From Octopus bimaculoides (lineage: Eukaryota), in NCBI RefSeq assembly GCF_001194135.2, contig NC_068983.1:38744726-38800452 (forward strand): 55,727 nt of DNA. Direction: 5' to 3'. The notes beneath the pieces were generated by a model that was given only the letters and a program-made list of their open reading frames with translations, was not told where the DNA came from and did not search any database. Made by a program: the position numbers and the translations under genes. Shown piece by piece: positions 51,375-55,727 of this stretch; position 1 is the first letter of the stretch, and every line of letters starts with the position of its first letter.

Positions 51375-51635
51375 CAGTTCTATATTTAAGAGATGAGGAA
51401 TTATGTACATTATTTACATTATTTACATTTGATGGATATTTGTCCTCATCTTGTTTGTTGTTAATACGACGTTTCAGCTGATATACCTTCCAACCTTCAT
51501 CAGGTGTCCACGGGCATATGGTGTAGTGGTTAAGAGCGCAGGCTACTAACCCCAAGATTCTGAGTTCACTTCCAGGCAATGACCTGAATAATAAGGACAA
51601 ATATCTGTAAAATGTAAATAATATAAATAAAACAA
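51375..51635. mobile_element. Composite repeat: minus-strand hammerhead-bearing segment, plus-strand tRNA-like head, and a plus-strand copy of the same tail
   Basis: AGGACAAATATC....AAATGTAAATAAT.TAAATA occurs on the minus strand (about 51408-51446) and on the plus strand (about 51594-51630); head GGGCATATGGTGTAGTGGTTAAGAGC...GAGTTCACTTCC starts at 51512. Confidence 0.65.
51463..51508 (-). ncRNA. Minimal type I hammerhead ribozyme motif
   Basis: GACAC-CUGAUGA-A-GGUUG(GAAGGUAUAU)CAGCU-GAAAC-GUC-GUAUU: canonical core, GUC cleavage triplet, loopless palindromic stem III (ACGU), stem I with one mismatch. Confidence 0.75.
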
Positions 51636-53273
51636 GACTTTTTAAAAAAAGATATTTAAAAATTTTATTCTGGTTAGGCATGAAAACTAGTTTTATAGGG
51701 TGTTATCCCCAAATACTAAATTGGAAGCTATTATCATGTAAAGATAAATCAAAATTGTGAGATAAAAAAAATTATAAAAGGTTTCTCCTTGTGAAGTGTG
51801 TGATCTTTACCAAAATCAAATCTTAGTTAAAATGGAATTAGAACCAATATATAAAATTGACCTTTCAAATATATATCTTTTGGATATTATGGATGGTGCC
51901 AAATTTTCTGAAAACTAGTCTTTCTCTTTCTACCCCGCAGATCATAGGCAAGTTCTAAGTAGATAGCAAATGTCAGAAGTTCTACGGTGGTTCCTGTTGA
52001 TGTTATCGGTAGTAAATGGCAATTCAATGATTTACTGAAATGTCACATTTGAGTAGAATATCTCTTTTATGGTAATAATTGCATCAAATAATTTGGTAAA
52101 TAGAAGAAACTTGGAAGAAATATTATGCTGTCATCTTGCTGGCATAGGTATTTGGAAAGCATTACCATCATTGATTTAATATCTGCTTCTCTATGATGTA
52201 CACATGCAGAATGAGCTTGTCTAACAGCATATTATCGGTTAGGTCCAGCATGATTATATTTTATCCCCAATTACTTTTTTATATAGTTTAACTCCATTTT
52301 CATAGAGAGAAGAAATTGAAATATCTAATTCAAGTCCTTAAGACAAAGGAATTTATTGTTGTTGTTGTTGTTGTTCTGGAGCTTCAAATAGCTCGGTTTG
52401 AATATGAAGGGGGATGTAAATATATGGTAAATCACCAATATCATCAATATAGGTGTGAACAATGACATTTGACATGTTTGTGCTGGTGCCACATAAAAAA
52501 TACCCAGTTCACTCTGTAAAGTGGCTGGCGTTAGGGAGGGCATCCAGCCATAAAGACCATGTCAGAGCAGACAATTGGAGCCTGGTTCCACCCTCCAGAT
52601 TGCCAACTCTTGTCAAACTGTCCAACCTATGCCAGCATGGAAGATGGATGTTAAATGAAATTGGCAGGGTATGTAGAATGACAACTGATGGTGGGTGGGG
52701 ACTTACATCTCCCCCTTTCCTAATCTCCGTCTCACAGGCCTAAACATACTCTCAGTTCCTGAAACTCTTTTCCATCTCTGTTTGAGGCAGTGTTTTATAG
52801 ATGGATGCTCTTTGTGACACCAACAAAGTCACTTCTCAGAAAATGTAGAGATACAGTGTAACTATTCTGAAAATCAGGCAAATGCTTAACAAAAACTTGC
52901 AAGTAAGTATTTTATTGCTTTTGAGCATCATTGGTATTGATAGACATAAATAACTGATGCAAACTGGATTAAGAGATTCATACATAAAAGATTCAGCCAT
53001 ATCAATACATACAAAGTCATTATTAAATCCTTTGCAGCTTTAAATTTTTGTAATTTTACTTCTATATATGGCAGATTTAATCTACAAAGAACACTTACAG
53101 GTCTAATGTATATGTGTACATACATCATTCTGAGTTCAAATTCCACCATGGTCAACTTTGCCTTTCATTCTTTTGGGGTTGATAAATTGAGTACCAGTGA
53201 AACACTGGAGTTGATGTAATTGACTAGTCTCCCTCCTCTAAATTTCAGGCCTTGTGCTTATAGTAGAAAGGTG

Positions 53274-53320
<47 letters not shown>

Positions 53321-53569
53321 GCACATAGACAGGATTATTGCAACAATAAAAAAAAAAATCCTCAGGATTACTACACCAGTCAAATTGTAGGCAGATACTT
53401 ATAATGTTGTATGTAACTACCTTTAGAATACTAATTACATCTTCATTCCATTAAAGGAGCTCAGTAAAAACTTGATGCTTTGACCAAAAATCTACATAAG
53501 ATCTTTTCAGTAAGGTCAACTCTGAGTAAAGAAATATGACTTTTTTTTGTAGGACATGATATTTTTTTT

Positions 53570-53996
53570 ATTTATTTGTTTCAGTCATTTGACTGCGGCC
53601 ATGCTGGAGCACTGCCTTTAGTCGATCAAATCAAACCCAGGACTTATTCTTTGTAAGCTTAGTACTTATTCTATTGGTTCTCTTTTGCTGAACCACTAAG
53701 TTACAGGAATGTAAACACACCAGCATCAGTTGTCAAACGATGTTGGGGGGGACAAACACAAACACACAAACACACACACATACACACACACACACACACA
53801 CACATATACATATATATATATATATATATACACATATGACAGGCTTCTTTCAGTTTCTGTCTACCAAATCCACTCCCAAGACTTTTGTCAGCCCAAGGCT
53901 ATAGTGGAAGACACTTTCCCAAGGTGCCACACAGTGGGACTGAACCCGGAACCATATGGTTGGTAAGCAAGCTACTTACCACACATCCACTCCTGT
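53570..53996 (-). mobile_element. Full-length family B SINE
   Basis: All family B blocks present in minus orientation. Confidence 0.9.
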
Positions 53997-55727
53997 ATGG
54001 AACCTTTTAAGACAGTTGATATATATTGACAATTCACAGCTATAATATTCACTTCAACACAGCAGATCAGTATAACCAGTCAACTGAAACCTTGGGAGAT
54101 TCTATATGGTTGCTTGATCTTCTAGAAATAACTGCTAAATATCCTTTAGATCACATCCTACGTTCATAAAACAGATAACATTTACGACTTCAATGGATAA
54201 TATAGTATTTGATTGATAATGTCAGAAATAATTCTTTCTGTTAGGCACAAGGCCTGAAATTTTTGGGGAGGAGGATTGTTGATTACATCGACCCCATTGC
54301 TCAACTGGTACTTATTTTATAGACCTCAAAAGGATGAAAGCAAAGTCAACCTCAGTGGAATTTGAACTGAGTACGTCAAGACAGACAAATTTCTGCGAAG
54401 TATTTTGTTCGGCATGTTAAAGATTCTGCCAATGCTGGAAAATAAAGACAGGATTGTCATGGCTGGAGCACTTTTGGTAATTTGGTACATTAAGTCAGTA
54501 TTAAATATGTTAAGTCTGGAACTAAATGACAACAATCAAATTTGTCAGTCTTTTAACTTGTGATTATTGTCTCTGGAGGAATGAAAAGTAAAGTTGAACC
54601 TCTATGAGATTTGAACTTAGAACATAACTACTTCAAGCAGTTTGTCTAATCCTCTGTCAATTCTGCCATTTTGCCATCTGCTGGTTTCAACACCCACATC
54701 TAAAAGTTAAACTAAACAGAATCTCTACGCAGATCATAAATATCACTTTAATATTTCTTGTTATGGGAGGCTTTCTGTAGACGAACAGCAACAGTTAAAT
54801 ACTAAATGTGAAACTTGCCTGTATCCAAATGGGGATTGGTGATAAAAGTGATAGAAACACATGTATCAGAACTTCAAGAGATCAAAGCAGGAATCTCTAT
54901 GTATGCTTATGCCCTGATATGTTACGTAGACAGAAGGAATTAATGTCACCCTAATGGTGCAATGTACATTCAGGAAATAACGACAATGATATTGACTTAA
55001 CACTGATACCCTTGTCTTTCACATGCTTGCCATTCACAGAGAAGAAACTCTATATGGTTCTAGGCACACTATATCCCTTTCTTGATGCTACAAATTTGAC
55101 ACTGTTCTGAGAAATATGTCTTCTATTTTGAAGGAATTGAGAACATATGGAATGGACTGGGCTAAAAACAAACAATATATTCCTTCTGGGAGATTTTTCT
55201 TCTTCTTAAACTGAAATAACAAGAAAGTAATTGTTTTTACTTGAAATTTGCTGCAAAAACAAAGTCAAATGGAATCTCTTCTTGAAATCTCCAAAGATTT
55301 ATTTGTGTAACAATTTTTGTCTTTCCACAAATTGTGATAACAATGAATGAGATCTCATTTACAGAAATAATTTAACCTCATTCATTACACACACACACAT
55401 GCATGCACATGTGCACACACATACCCACACGTGCATGCATGTGCACACACACATGCTCACACATACACACATACATACATACATGCATGCATGCACACAT
55501 ACATACATGCATGTATGCATGCACACACACACGCATGATATATGCCATCATCATCATCATCATCGTTTAACGTCCGCTTTCCATGCTAGCATGGGTTGGA
55601 CGATTTGACTGAGGACTGGTGGAACCTGAAGGCTACACCAGTCTCCAATCTGATTTGGCAGAGTTTCTACAGCTGGATGCCCTTCTTAACACCAATATAT
55701 ATATCATCATCATCGTTTAACGTCCGC

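Noticed and set aside
51512-51580. Possible tRNA gene
   Set aside because: A box present but B box degenerate (GAGTTCACTTCC) and no convincing acceptor stem; treated as a SINE head, as are the heads of families A, B and D
52846-52910. Donor GCAA|gtaagt with a short open frame RYSVTILKIRQMLNKNLQ
   Set aside because: No adequate acceptor for the open frame; expected by chance in 55 kb of AT-rich DNA

Overview
AT-rich, very microsatellite- and repeat-dense animal DNA with about 3.8 kb of N gaps. The repeat families look like those of a coleoid cephalopod, most likely Octopus; this is inferred from pattern recognition, not a database search. No intact protein-coding gene is recognisable, and almost all ORFs in the track are translations of (TG)n/(TA)n/(CAT)n/(CT)n tracts or N runs. 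The window reads as intronic or intergenic. It is built from at least four tRNA- or RTE-related SINE-like families, several DNA-transposon MITEs (Tc1/mariner, hAT with 8-bp TSDs, piggyBac with TTAA, Helentron-like), a Tc1/mariner transposase C-terminal remnant and a 5'-truncated Tx1/L1-clade LINE 3' end. The best leads are: (1) a minimal type I hammerhead ribozyme next to a tRNA-like head (51375-51635), plus two repeat copies carrying a variant hammerhead-like core; (2) a pre-miRNA-shaped hairpin at 21132-21198; (3) a textbook recursive-splice-type site at 43620-43665 and several plus-strand microexon candidates; (4) a SINE copy with twin-priming-like inversion. None of these is proven. I did not find a clearly novel multi-gene system.
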